From assembly GCA_964016885.1 (NCBI GenBank), contig OZ024746.1, positions 43,276,001-43,340,000 of the forward strand: a stretch of 64,000 nt of DNA. The letters run 5' to 3'. Positions 51,777 through 64,000 of this stretch are shown here, in pieces; the first letter of the stretch is position 1; each line of letters opens with the position of its first letter. The position numbers and the translations under genes were made by a program. Source of the DNA: Eledone cirrhosa. Taxonomy: Eukaryota. The notes below the pieces were generated by a model. That model made no database searches and was not told the origin of the DNA. It saw only the letters and a list, made by a program, of their open reading frames with translations.

Positions 51777-52122
51777 GGGGCACATGGCTTAGTAGTTAGA
51801 GCATTGGCCTTGCAATCGAAAGGTTGTGAGTTCAATTCTCAGACCAGGTGATGTGTTGTGTCCTTGAGCAAGACACTTTATTTCACATTGCTCCAGTTTA
51901 CTCAGCTGTAGAAATGAGATGATAGGACTGGGGTCCCTATCATTCCACTGCAAAGTGGTCGTGGAGGTGCCACGGCAAAAAAGCACCCAGCACTCACTGT
52001 AAATGAGGTTGGTGTTAGGAAGGGCATCCAGCTGTAGAAATCAAGCCAGCATCAGTTCCCGTCCCACCCTTGCAAGCAGGGAAAAGCGGACGTAAAATGA
52101 TGATGATGATGATGATGATGAT
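51777..52122 (+). mobile_element. Full-length tRNA-derived CORE-SINE with RTE-type tail
   Basis: A box TGGCTTAGTAGTTAG, B box GAGTTCAATTC, CORE-like GTGTCCTTGAGCAAGACACTT...CTCAGCTGTAGAAATG, tail ...GCGGACGTAAAA(TGA)n. Confidence 0.9.
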
Positions 52123-52469
52123 GTTGTCCAGCAACATCATTAAAGACAATAATGTCTCTTCTCTGAAGATTCTAAGAATATAATCTTTATAATAATAAAT
52201 TTTGTTTTTAAATGTATTGCATTCTCCTCCATTTACTTTTGCTTATACCTGCTCTGCTTACCTTCTGCACTTAAGTCTCATTAAATATTAACCTTACTAT
52301 AATATTTAACATTGCATCTCTAAGCACCGAGCACACTTCGCTTTGGCTATTGACATCTGATATATTATATCATAGTTCTTTCTTGTCTACTCTTATGATA
52401 TATGTCTTTTTTTTATATATATATATATACACATATGGTAATTTCTTCATCTTTGCAGATGATTGCCAT

Positions 52470-52644
52470 CTCCTATGCACCCCTACCAACCATCACCAAA
52501 CGTCCATCCGTGGCCCCGTCCCTTAGGTGGCTTTTACGTCCAGCATTAGATTTGCATGATCTGCAGCAAATGTGACAGACGTAAAATGTGCCCTCTATTG
52601 GATTTATTGGGTCAGTTTGTGGGATGTCATCCTTATGTTCCCTC

Positions 52645-52645
<1 letters not shown>
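52470..52645 (-). mobile_element. LINE ORF C-terminus with zinc-finger-like motif
   Basis: YVCHICCRSCKSNAGRKSHLR resembles the C-terminal CxxC...GL.SH.R motif of some RTE-group LINEs; between microsatellites. Confidence 0.55.
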
Positions 52646-52716
<71 letters not shown>

Positions 52717-54644
52717 TAGAAAGTTTGACAAAATATACATATAGCAATTGAGCTCTTTCCCAGATATGACATTTTCATCTTAGATGTTCATATATTCCAT
52801 GTTATAGAAGAGTTTGAATATAAATGATTTAAATTTTCTATGTAAAATAGAAATATTATATCATTTAACTTTTACATCATCATCAAAACATCTAGGACAA
52901 GGAACACAATTGCTCCTCTTTCAAATAGTCTGTGTAAATTTAATGGACAAAAAAACAAAAAACAGCCTAGATATATAATTTAGTTTAAGTAAGACTAAAC
53001 AAGCAACATCAGAAATAATTAATTAATTAATATGAGGAAATCCTGCATACAGATAATAGAATGAGAATAATTTACCCACATAGTTTGAATTAAATGGTTC
53101 AGTCTCAAATTCAGGATACATTACCTAAAAAGCCTTAATGTTATGATTATAATAACAAAAATGAGGATCCTAGCCCAAATAATTTTATCGGTTTAGTTTT
53201 ACAAGAATCTTAGTCGATATAATATATATATTGAAAGCTATTTTGTGTAAGGTTCAAGCAGCATTATATCTATAAAATAGTCATGGACATGATATAGAAA
53301 GAAGACCACATTCATTCCCAAAATGAATAAGTATAATTTACACAATTTATCAATAATAATTAGTAATTCTAGTAATGTAGAAAGTATAAAATACAACCAC
53401 ATACACTTGTGGTTGTACCTTCAAAATAATCAATGCTTCCCTTTGTTTCCCTACTCTATGTGTATTAACATTAAATATATGGTGTTTCAATTCTTTAAAG
53501 AATTAATATAATAGGAAGATGTATGGTAAATATCTTTGAAGAATGTATATGAATATTCTATCATAAAACTGGTATTTGCTCTCATCATAAGGAAGGGGAT
53601 TGTTAATGATATAATTTTGCCTTGATTTTCTCCAGCCCATTTAAACAGGTTGAAGAGGTTCTAATCTGAATTTATGACAATGCATGAGTATAATATGTAT
53701 ACTAAGTCATATTTCTGAGCTAAAATTATATTATGAACTTTTCCAAATTCATTTAACAGAATAATGCTGTATTTGCACTTCAAACCCTAATTGATTAATA
53801 ATATTCGTTTGACTTGATTTAATTATATAAGGATATTAAATATTTATTACCTTGATATTCTACTGATTCATTAGCACATTTATATAAATAAGATGTTTTT
53901 ATTAGAAATTATATCTTCATGAAGAAAAGTTGGATAACAGTGACTTGAACGATTCAGATACAGACAGAGATATTGATGAAAATGTGTTTAATTCTCATAA
54001 ATAAATTTTCACATGAAACAAATTTTACATTGCTCAGTTACCTTCAGTTAAATATGGAGCTTTCTCTTTAAAAAAAATATTATTTATAATAAGCAAAAGT
54101 ACAGAGAGGAATATTTTCCTTAGCTATGAACATAGATCAAAGCAGTTTTAGTCAGCTCTTGCTTTTCCATTAAATATGTCTCCATTTTTAGCAAAGCACC
54201 TGGATTAATTACATATGTATTTTAATCACTTTATTTCTGATATCAGTTGGATGTGAAAATAAAAATTCTATATTAAGATATTTCTTTATTTGAGTGTTAT
54301 TGCTTCATATGACTCAAATATCCATAAGCTGGTTGTTATGATTCTTGCAATAGAGAAGTATAAATAGACATTTTCTGAACAACAAATATGAAAAAATACT
54401 TCCTCAATCAATATCTACAGACATAATATATAAATATAAATATATATACATCGATTAAATACACACTGAAAAGTGCATCTCACATCGAAATGTGAATGTT
54501 TATTTGGACTAGGACATGATAAAAACGCCTTCTTAAGATTTTCTTCCTTACATGTATTAAATAGTTGAGTTATTTCATGCATTTTTCATGCAATATTCTC
54601 TTCATGCAACTATATTATAAAATAATTCTTTCTACTTTTGGCAC

Positions 54645-55100
54645 AAAATAATGAATGGTGGCAAAGGCCTCATCAGTGTGCATCATTGTATTGTAAAAGA
54701 AGTGAAAGGAGAATAATGGCAAAATATTTGGTAAACAGTGATGAAGATTCATTGCAATATGCAGCAGAAGATATGGGTATATATGGTTGGAAAGGAAGCA
54801 TTTAACCAAAGAGGAGAAGAAAAAAGAAGAGAAGATCTAGGAATGAAAATTCATGCTCAGTCAGAGATATTCACAGGATGTCAACATCGTGGAGATGGCT
54901 GAAGCTAGGTGATTTGAAATGTGCCACTGAAATCCTAGTTGCAGTGAAAGACCAAGCTCTTGCTACTAATTCGGTGAAATATAACATCCAAGTATCTGAA
55001 TTGAAAGTGGAGTTGTCAAGACTATTTTGGATGCAAGAGGGTAATGTGAAATTGATACCAGTTATGATCGGAGCATTAGGGTCAATCCTATTGAAACTTC
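54645..55100 (+). mobile_element. R4/Dong-clade non-LTR retrotransposon fragment
   Basis: GGKGLISV; SWRWLKLGDLKCATEILVAVKDQALATNSVK; ELKVELSRLFW...VKLIPVMIGALGSI. Confidence 0.8.
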
Positions 55101-55117
55101 AATTCTCACAACCTCTG

Positions 55118-55400
55118 CTCAGATCTTTCTTGGTCTACCACTACTGCAGCTTCCCTCCACTGCTATTTCCTGGCACTTCTTAGTCCAGTGATCATCATCC
55201 ATGTGCATAACATGCCTGTACCAATGCAGTCTTCTCTCTTGCATACCACTTTGGATTCCTCTTAAACCTAATTTCTCCCTCAGTACATCCAAGCTCTGCC
55301 TTTCTCTCACATTTACATTGCACCTCCAACAAAGCATTAATGTTTCATTTCTCTCCAGTCTACACAGTCACTGCCCATATTTCACTACCATGCAGCATAA
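55118..55400 (-). mobile_element. RTE (BovB-like) fragment
   Basis: LREKLGLRGIQSGMQERRLHWYRHVMHM...GRPRK. Confidence 0.85.
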
Positions 55401-57003
55401 TAACAATGATAATGGTTCCTAATTTTGGCACAAAACCAGCAATTTCAAGGGAATGAGAGATTTAATTAACTCAACTTCAATGCTTGACTAGTACTTTATT
55501 TCATCACATTCAGAAGGATAAAGGCAAAGTTGACCTTGGCACAATTTGAATGTAAAGGTCCATAACTAAATGCTACAAAGCATTCTATTTAACACTCAAA
55601 CAATTCTGTGAATCAAGCAACTACTGCAATATCTGCTCCTTACTTTAAATGTGAAGGATGAGACCTTTGACTCTACACAGTGATGTCCTGTTCGAGGCTT
55701 GGTCCAGCTCTCAATGACAAAGTTAGGTACATTTTCAAAATTAATCTATGGTCATTGGATTCAACAGGACTGACATGTCCATATAAATACCTACCTAAAA
55801 CATCATTCAAATCACTTAGACACTCCACTCACAACCTGCCAATACTATGCTGCAAATGTTACAATAAGCCACAGATGTTAACACCAATATTTGTCACTGT
55901 GATCTTCTTCTTGTGTAGTCGCATGCATCAGAACACTAATTTATGGGCAGGTGTACAATGCCCCAGCTTAGCCTACTCTTTTATCTCCTCCTTTCATTAG
56001 AAGATAAAGAACCAACTTTCTATACCCTGCTTCTAGAAATGAAGCATATATTACACCTTACTATTTGGTTCTCATCCTTATATGTTAATAATATTCTACT
56101 GCCTAGAGTGGAGGGGGAATTAGTAGCTTTTGGGACCAAGAATGAAGTGATCTACTCTACTATGTCCAAGGCTTCTTACTGATGATATTTGAACAATAGC
56201 TTCTGGAACCTGTTGTTTTTGTTGTTGCTTTGCTCCTGTTTACTGCCGTGTCTAATGTTTTCATACTTTTCCAATTTTTCAGAGCAGAAATTGCTTTTGC
56301 TCTGTATAGGTGTTAACAGCTGGGCTTTCTATTCTGCACTCACAAAGCAGCACAGAAGGTCTAGAAGTAACATAAGGGTTTGAAAGTCCAGGCTAACCCA
56401 CACTTCCAAAATGATACAATGAGACAGGGGTTGATGTCATTGCCAATGACTGACTCAGGTACTGTGGTATACATTTATGATAAAGTGAATATCTTACTAA
56501 TTCTGCCTGCACTCAGTCTCCAAAAGCAGGCAGACAATGTCATAAGCTTTACTTTACTCTCTAGGCAAGTTACTGCCCCTTGCATCAGCAATGCAAGAGC
56601 ACATAGTCAACACAGAACAACAAAAGACACAGAACAACAAAATGACCTTTATACAATTTTTAGAGGGCATAGAGAAATTCCCTCTTTGCAATTTTCTCCT
56701 TGCCATCTTTTGAAGAAAATGTTCATATATTTGTTTTGGACACACATCTCAAACTTATTTAACTGGTATCTGCTTCTTTTCAGTATTTTCATGTTGGCTG
56801 TGACATTTGCAAGAGTATGCAAGAAGAGCCATTGCTACTATTGTTAGCATTAAGTCAATATTGCTTTTATTCCTATTAAAATATTAAATATAATATTATT
56901 ATATTCTTTCAAAATGTAAATATTTTCGTTTATAATATTTTTGTTCATTTTGTGTTTGGTTCTGTGTATTTTCTGTGGAAATGTTAAGGTCTTTGCTTAT
57001 AGA

Positions 57004-57031
57004 GGGGGGGGGGGGGGGGGGGGGGGGGGGG
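57004..57031 (+). repeat. Poly-G run (28 nt)
   Basis: Direct count. Confidence 0.95.
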
Positions 57032-57589
57032 CTGGACGACATTTTGTATTGAATTTCATCTCACAAACAGAAGTATTCAAAATGTTTGTTTTTTTTATTC
57101 TGACTAATTGTAGAAAACAAAATAATCAAAAGGAATTCTACACCTCTCCTTAAATTAACACCAATGAATTGACAAAAAGTCATCCAGCCTTGAAGACAAA
57201 ATTGCAAGTATGAAAAAAAAAAATTCCACTTGCATCAAAAATCAACGACAGCAACAAGTAACAATGTTGGTTTATTTTATTGTGCCACAAGGCAGCATTC
57301 ATACATACAATAGACTAGTTACAAAGACATGGGGAAGTACAATAATATTATAGAAAAAATGCAGAGAGAAGCAGAGACATTACACAATGATAAATATTTT
57401 TTAATTTATACAATATTAACAAAATAATTATACCTCCACAAAATTGCATACAGCCTTATGAAAGAAACTTGTGAGGTGGTGTAGGAGTAATGAGTGTTAC
57501 TGGTTGTTCTCCACAGCAATGCTTTTGTCCTCTTGTCAGCAGGGAGCAGCTGAGAAATATCACCTTTCAATATTTAATTTTTTATTGCA

Positions 57590-57920
57590 ACCTTATGCTT
57601 CGAAGGATAGGCAAATTTAATGAAAGAATTGGATGAACTGAGAGAAAAACTGAGTATAAGAGGAATCTGAAGTAATGTGTCAGAGAGAAGACTGTATTGG
57701 TATGCACATAGATGATAATGATGGTTGATGAGTGAAGATGTGCCAAGAAATCCCAGTAAAAGGAATCCACCAAAGAAGACCTGGGCAGAGGTGATGAAAG
57801 CTGATCTCAAATCACTAAAACCCACAGAGGAGATGACAAAAGAACACAAAAAGTGGGGAGATGCTGTGCTGAAAATAATTCATCCACCCCATGCAAACAT
57901 GAAAAGATGGATGTAGAAAA
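57590..57920 (+). mobile_element. RTE (BovB-like) 3' end with short 3'UTR
   Basis: ELREKLSIRGI...ERRLYWY; PPKKTWAEVMKADL; CCACCCCATGCAAACATG tail. Confidence 0.75.
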
Positions 57921-57934
57921 ATGGAGTTGTTGAT

Positions 57935-58625
57935 TATAACTGCAGGAGAAACCATGGGAGACCAGAAGATAGTGGCTATAAATATTTGAGGGTCTTAGAA
58001 CCAGATGATATTTTGCATGCAGAAATGAAAGGGAACGTTAAAGGGATATATTTAAAAAGAATAAAAAGGATTTAAGATCCAACTTGAATATGTGAAATCT
58101 GGTCAGTACAATAAATATCTGGTCTGTTGCAGTGGTTATATGTAGTGCATCCATTCTCAGTTGAACTGAAGAAATATTAAAATCAAATAGAAAGACGAAA
58201 AAATTAATGACATTATATGGAGATTTACACCCCAAAAGGAAATATTAATAGACTATACATGAAGAGAAATAATGATGGCAGAGGCCTCATCAGCATGGAT
58301 CATTGTACAAGATGTGAAAGCAGAACACTGGCAGCATATTTAATAAACAGTGTCAAAGAGTCGTTGAAATATGCAGCAGAAGATACAGGTACAAATGCAG
58401 TAGAAATGGTTGGAAAGGGAGAGTTTAACCAAAGAGAAAAAGAAAACCTTCAAGGAATACATGATCAGTTTGAGAGAAACACACAAGATAACAAGGATAA
58501 AAGAACATCATAGACATTGCTTTATCAAGGAGATTTGAAATCTGTCACTGAAAACCTTATAATTGCAGTGCAAGATAAAGCTCTTGCTACCAAATCGGTG
58601 AAATATAACATCTACAAAATGTTGA
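57935..58625 (+). mobile_element. R4/Dong-clade fragment
   Basis: GYKYLRVLE; RLYMKRNNDGRGLISMD; GDLKSVTENLIIAVQDKALATKSVK; homologous to 54645-54990. Confidence 0.8.
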
Positions 58626-59420
58626 TAATAAGCATTAAATCATATTTAGTTTTCCTATTAAATTAGTAATAGATGAAAAACAATTGGTTTAAGAATTGTG
58701 CTTGCTTATGTGTTCATGGGGGGGGGGGAGCGGGAGAGAGAGAGAGAGAGAGAAAGTTGTTGTTTCTACAACTAACGTGCACGTTAGTAAATTTAATATT
58801 CAAAATGTTCTTGTTTTGTTTTAAATTGTTTTCTTCAATATTAGTTTAGTGGCCAATTCCATTTGTTATTACTGTAGCCACCACTTTGTTTTGAAAATAC
58901 TAACAAGGTATGAATGAAAATTAGTTTTAAAAACAAGTCTTTTCTACCCTGAGGTAATTAAGCAGACTTCCCAACATTCCAGAATCTCTTATTTGTAAAT
59001 ACTCCAGAAAAGGAAGGTTTTCAATCAAATGAAACATAGTAACATTATTAAAATGTGAAAGCAAGTGAAAAAAGTTCAGTGTCAACAAAAGTAAACAAGA
59101 ATGATAATAATAATTTCCTATTTAGTCAAAGGGCCAGCAATTTCAGGACCAGAAGAAAGTTGGTTAAGCACGCATACCCCAGTACTGCACTGGTACTTTA
59201 TTTTTGAGTTGACCTCAATGGGATATTGAACTCAGAATGAAAATACCACAAAGCATTATGTTTGACACTAATAACTCATTCAATACATCACCTTTGATGA
59301 TTTCTAATTTAGGAACAAAGTCAGTAATTTTAGTAGAGGAATGTCAATTAAATCAAATCCAATATGTAGTTGGTATTGGAAGGATGAAACAGATATTTCA
59401 TACAAGAGGGATTTGAGTTG

Positions 59421-59540
59421 AGATCTAAACATAAGAATTTATCCTTATTCTATTTAGTCAGATCTAAACATAAGAATTTATCCTTATTCTATTTTCTAAA
59501 CATAAGAATCTATCCTTCTTCTATTTAGTCAGATATAAAT
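59421..59540. repeat. 39-bp tandem repeat, about 3 units
   Basis: AGATCTAAACATAAGAATTTATCCTTATTCTATTTAGTC at 59421 and 59460, plus a shortened third unit. Confidence 0.9.
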
Positions 59541-59849
59541 CATAACAATAATGATGACTATAGCACTTACAAAACAAACATTCAAATCAGAGAAACCAGT
59601 ATGACTGTATTGTTGATATATCACTATAAATAAGAGAAAATGGAACCTTCATCATTGCTGTATAAATACCAGCAGTTAGAAAAATCCTTATTAAAACAAA
59701 AACAGAGAAAAGCCATAATAGAAAATATCAGCAGTGTGGCAAAGTAGATGAAATTGTTGGCCATATAATATATGATTATAAGTAGATGACAGAAAGGAAT
59801 GTAAAATAAAAACAAAGAGTATATAATAATACATTTTTCTTCTTTTTTA

Positions 59850-60215
59850 TGGCTTTTCTAGCAATCGGTTGCTAGGTGAGGCATGTCAATTGGCCTCAAA
59901 TCAGTCCCTGATATCAGAGGCTCAATATATTGCATAGGATTCTGGCAATGCTAGTAATGGTAGAAATTTGGGCACTGCCTATAGAGTCGAGGATCTCAAG
60001 GCTTTTGAGAGGTGTTTAGGAACTGTGTCTAGCAGCCACAAAAATGATTGGCACAACTTCTGTACCGACATGATGCTCAGTTCTAACAGCACCTGCAAGA
60101 AAGAAGGTATCCTGAAACAGAAAGCTTGCTTGTAGCAGAGTGGACTCTGCCAAGGGCACCTGAGGACCATGTAGTGATGTTAAACTAGGTGATGGAATAA
60201 GTCTACCACCCAAGT
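59850..60215 (-). mobile_element. R4/Dong-clade 3' end
   Basis: GTEVVPIIFVAA...LKSLEIL...AQISTITSIARILCNILSL resembles the R4/Dong C-terminus. Confidence 0.6.
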
Positions 60216-61850
60216 AAACCAACATTAATATTAATTCCTAGTACAGACACAAAGCTAAACATTTGAGCAGAAATGTTAGTTAACTGAATTGACACCAGTA
60301 TTTGACTGGCACTTCATTTTATCAACTCCAGGAGGGGGAAGGCATAGTTAATCTCAATGAAATTGGAACACAGAATGGAAAGAGCGAGATCAAATACCAC
60401 AAAGTATTTTATGCAAATCTCTAATGAATTTTCATAACCATAAAACTTAAAACAAATACGATAATGAGGGTTTGGGCAGAAAAAAATCAATCGTGAGAAA
60501 CAAGGGTTGTTTTTTTACCTTAATTTATTCATATGACCTTATATTCTGAGATTAATATCTCTTCTTCCAAGGAAAATAAAGGATCTTTATACCATATACA
60601 ATGCTTCAAGTAAACTACAAATTACTTCTTAAAACAAAACATTTTATCAGCTAATATTATAGGAGTTATCTCCCTGCTTTTTGCAGAGAGGGAGTTTTTA
60701 CATACTAATTTCATGAATGAACCTAGTTTATTGAAGAGTATCTCTCAATACAAAGAAACATTGAAGCCTATTTATAAAATCTTCAGAAGTCATTTAACTA
60801 GAGGTTAATATCATATACACACAATATAGTCACTGTCAAGAAAAAATAGACATTTTCATTTGTTGCTAAATCAAATCAAATACCGACTATATTTTCAGAC
60901 ATGATCAAAGGTGGGGTTTATATCCTTAGTGTAATATGTGAACACACTCAAAACAGAAAATAAGTTAATAGTTTAAATAAAGACCAAACTCTGGATATGA
61001 TAATAGGAGAGTTAGATTATTTTGAGATATTTATCTTAAAAGTGAAAACCGATGAAGTGAGCCACCAAGAAACACTATCACAAGTCAAAAAAGAAAACCT
61101 ATACTTAATGATAGACATCTCAGACTTTTACAACTAAGATATTATCTTCAAGGATGTTGAAAAACTATTAAATTAAAAGGATCTTAAAATGGCAATAAGA
61201 AAATGGAAAATGATTGTACAAAATGAAACAATATTAATTAGTACAAAGAGAAGGACAAAAGTGTTGAACAAAAAAGTAAAGCACTATAGCATAACTCACA
61301 ACTTTACACTATCTAAACGTTAAGTATCTCAATATAGTTAAATGAACTGCACTTTATATAAGTCTATATGTAACCCTTTCACTATAAACATATTTTACAC
61401 AAAATACAAGAACATGAGCAGTATAACACCACAACATAGTACATTTCTTTAACATAAACTCCCCTCTCTCCCATAATGACATAAATTTTAATGTGTATAG
61501 GTGATGCACTTGTTGAGGCAATGAAATACTAACAAGGAGGCATTGGAAAAATATAATACCATCTATGAAACATGTATATAAAAAAAAATACAGCATTATT
61601 TCTAAATATTTTCATGTTTTCAGGTGAAATGCATACTATAGATAAATGTTTTTAAGACATTTCAATCATTAATTTACAGTAATTATTCTTATGGGAATGC
61701 CATTCTTAGAAAATGATATAGGTTATTGTAATCCACATTACATTTACATTGATTTCAACTGTTTACAATATTCTCAATTTTGAAAATATTTTAGAATATT
61801 CTTTAGATGCAAATTTTATACACGATAGAACTAAAATTATTTTTCAAGAA

Positions 61851-61905
61851 GTTATGGGTTTTAGCACACTGTATCTGTTATGGGTTTTAGCACACTGTAT
61901 CTGTT
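61851..61905. repeat. 26-bp tandem duplication
   Basis: GTTATGGGTTTTAGCACACTGTATCT x2. Confidence 0.9.
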
Positions 61906-63326
61906 GAGATTGTATGAGCTGACTATAAGTGTTGGTGTTGAGAAAGGTATTTGGCTATAAAATACAACATCCATCCAATCCATGCCAGCATGGAGAAGTT
62001 GATATGATAATGTGAATGGTAATATGTCCACTCTTCCATCTTTCTAATGGAAACACATTTATGTAGCATGTTCAATGTTTGCAACTGTCAAGTGTATCAA
62101 ATTCAGTATAATTTACATTGTCTGTCTGTGTTGGTCTTTAAAACAGAATGTTAGGGTTGGCAACAGTAAGGTCATCTGGCCATAAACACAACCACAAAAT
62201 TTCCTGTCCATCTCATATCAGCATGAGAAGCAGACGTAAAGAGTGATGGTGATGGGGATTATGATGATGCAAACTTTAAAACCATGCATTTTAACGCTGA
62301 AGCTTCTTAGCCTAGGAAGCACCTACTGGTACAGATATATATAATAGTAAACTGCTGATCTTTAAATCAAATTTTGGGTCCAATATATTTTACATATTAC
62401 TTTATTTCTTAAGCCAAATTCCACCTATTATATTATAAATTATTTACAAATGAACAAATTGTTGAGTTGATCTAAAATATGCGGCCTTCAATATTTTCCG
62501 ATGTAATTTACTGACAATCATAGAAGAAAGTCTTTTATCATTCACTACTTTCCAATATAGTTAACAATTCACAGCACAGCCATTTCATTTCTGATCAGTG
62601 TTACTGCAGCTTGATCTTTGATGTGTATTCTATGTTACAGAAGAATGATTTATCATTTCCAATCAAGTACACTATTATTCTGTTGACACCACTTTCATTC
62701 CTTTCCCAAATGCAAGCATAATCCATTTGTAATCTCAATATCTCTGAGCAATTCAACATATCTTACATTAATAACTCTTACCCAATATATTCCACAATGG
62801 GCCTCTGATAGGAAAGAAAGACTAGTTATTGCACATCTCCAGAAAACAGAATTGCATTTTCATCATTCTACTCATAAAAATCTCAAACAATCCCTATCCA
62901 TTCTATGACAAAGAAGCTTTAACAAGAATCTCTTGAAAAGCCTATATTCTCAATTTACTTTGAAAAGCCTATAATCTCAATATAGCTATAATGGCATCAA
63001 AGGGACAAACACTCTCTTATGATACCAAAGCATCTTTAATCCTGAGCAATTACTGAGCCATTATAAGTTAGATATATGTTACAGCTTGGAGTATAGTGTC
63101 TATATCTGAAATAGTATACCTTACTCATTCACAAAAATATTTGATTGCCTCTAATAAAATGTTAACTAAATACTATAAATTATTTCATTAACTTGTCAAC
63201 AGACCTGGATTTATAACCACTATTCTAGGTGGTGTTAATTTCAAATTGCTTATCAACCTCTCAAATATACGTATTGAATCTTTTATTCAGTCAATATTCA
63301 CACACAAACACACACACATATATATA

Positions 63327-63584
63327 AAGTGGTTGTGCAGGTGTCATGACAAAAAGCACCCAGCACATACTGTAAAGTAGTTGTGTTGGAGTCACAACAA
63401 AAAGCACCCAGCACACACTGTAAATGTGGTTGGCATTAGGAAGAGTATCCAGCCATAGAAATCTAGCCAGAAACAGTCATATATGAGCAAGACATGGTCA
63501 CCTGAGTCAACTTGCCTCTAATGTGACAACCCATCTAACCCAAGGTAGGATGGAAAATGGATGTTAACCGACGATGATGATGAT
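63327..63584 (+). mobile_element. RTE-type 3' tail
   Basis: Repeated AAAAGCACCCAGCACA.ACTGTAAA units, GGTTGGCATTAGGAAGAGTATCCAGCC, (GAT)n. Confidence 0.8.
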
Positions 63585-64000
63585 CATCATCATCATTTTA
63601 CGTCCGCTTTTCCCTGCTTGCAAGGGTGGGACGGGTCTTATTCAACACAGTATCTCTCCACTTGTCACGGTCCTTCGTCATCTCCACCGTGAGCTTCAGC
63701 AATCTGTGGTCTGTTTTCACCACCTCTGCCCATGTGTTTCATGGTCTACCTCTACCACATCTTCCTTCAACTGGCATTTCCTGGCACTTCTTCACCCATC
63801 GGCCATCCTCCATGCGCATCACATGTCCATACCACCGCAGTCTCCTCTCTCGCACACTACATTCTATCCCTCTCAGATAGTTTCTCTCTCAACACATCCA
63901 TGCTGGGTTGTTCACGCACATTGACATTGCACATCCAACGGAGCCTGCTTGCCTCATTTCTCTCCAGCTGTCGCATATCCTCTGCAGTTGCTGCCCAAGT
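63585..64000 (-). mobile_element. RTE (BovB-like) LINE 3' part running off the window, short 3'UTR
   Basis: Minus strand encodes RRLRWYGHVMRMEDGRWVKKCQE...GRPWKTWAEVVKTD; tail CCCGTCCCACCCTTGCAAGCAGGGAAAAGCGGACGTAAAA(TGA)n. Confidence 0.9.

Noticed and set aside
51777-51850. tRNA gene
   Set aside because: A and B boxes are the head of a SINE and continue directly into CORE and tail; a second copy is inverted nearby
56380-56847. 155-aa ORF
   Set aside because: Non-ATG start, no recognisable motif or splice support; probably decayed repeat

Overview
AT-rich, gene-poor eukaryotic DNA whose repeat families (tRNA-derived CORE-SINEs, RTE LINEs with (GAT)n tails, Penelope remnants in (TA)n arrays) look like a coleoid cephalopod, most likely an octopus; this species call is inferred from repeat content only. 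I can support no intact host CDS, rRNA, tRNA gene or CRISPR array. The ORFs in the track are decayed retroelement pieces (RTE, R4/Dong, Penelope) or microsatellite/low-complexity noise. The window also holds a head-to-tail Helitron dimer, several MITEs, a probable solo LTR and many SINEs. The main signal is a ~1 kb cluster at 37.0-38.0 kb. It has two long fold-back elements, each carrying a hammerhead-ribozyme motif on both strands (one canonical, one with an apparent U3-A8/extra-nucleotide variant core), plus a third degenerate hammerhead. A second signal is a strong minus-strand AG|GTAAGT recursive-splice-site-like motif at 49.68 kb followed by a 61-nt exon-like segment, which suggests the window may lie in a long intron.
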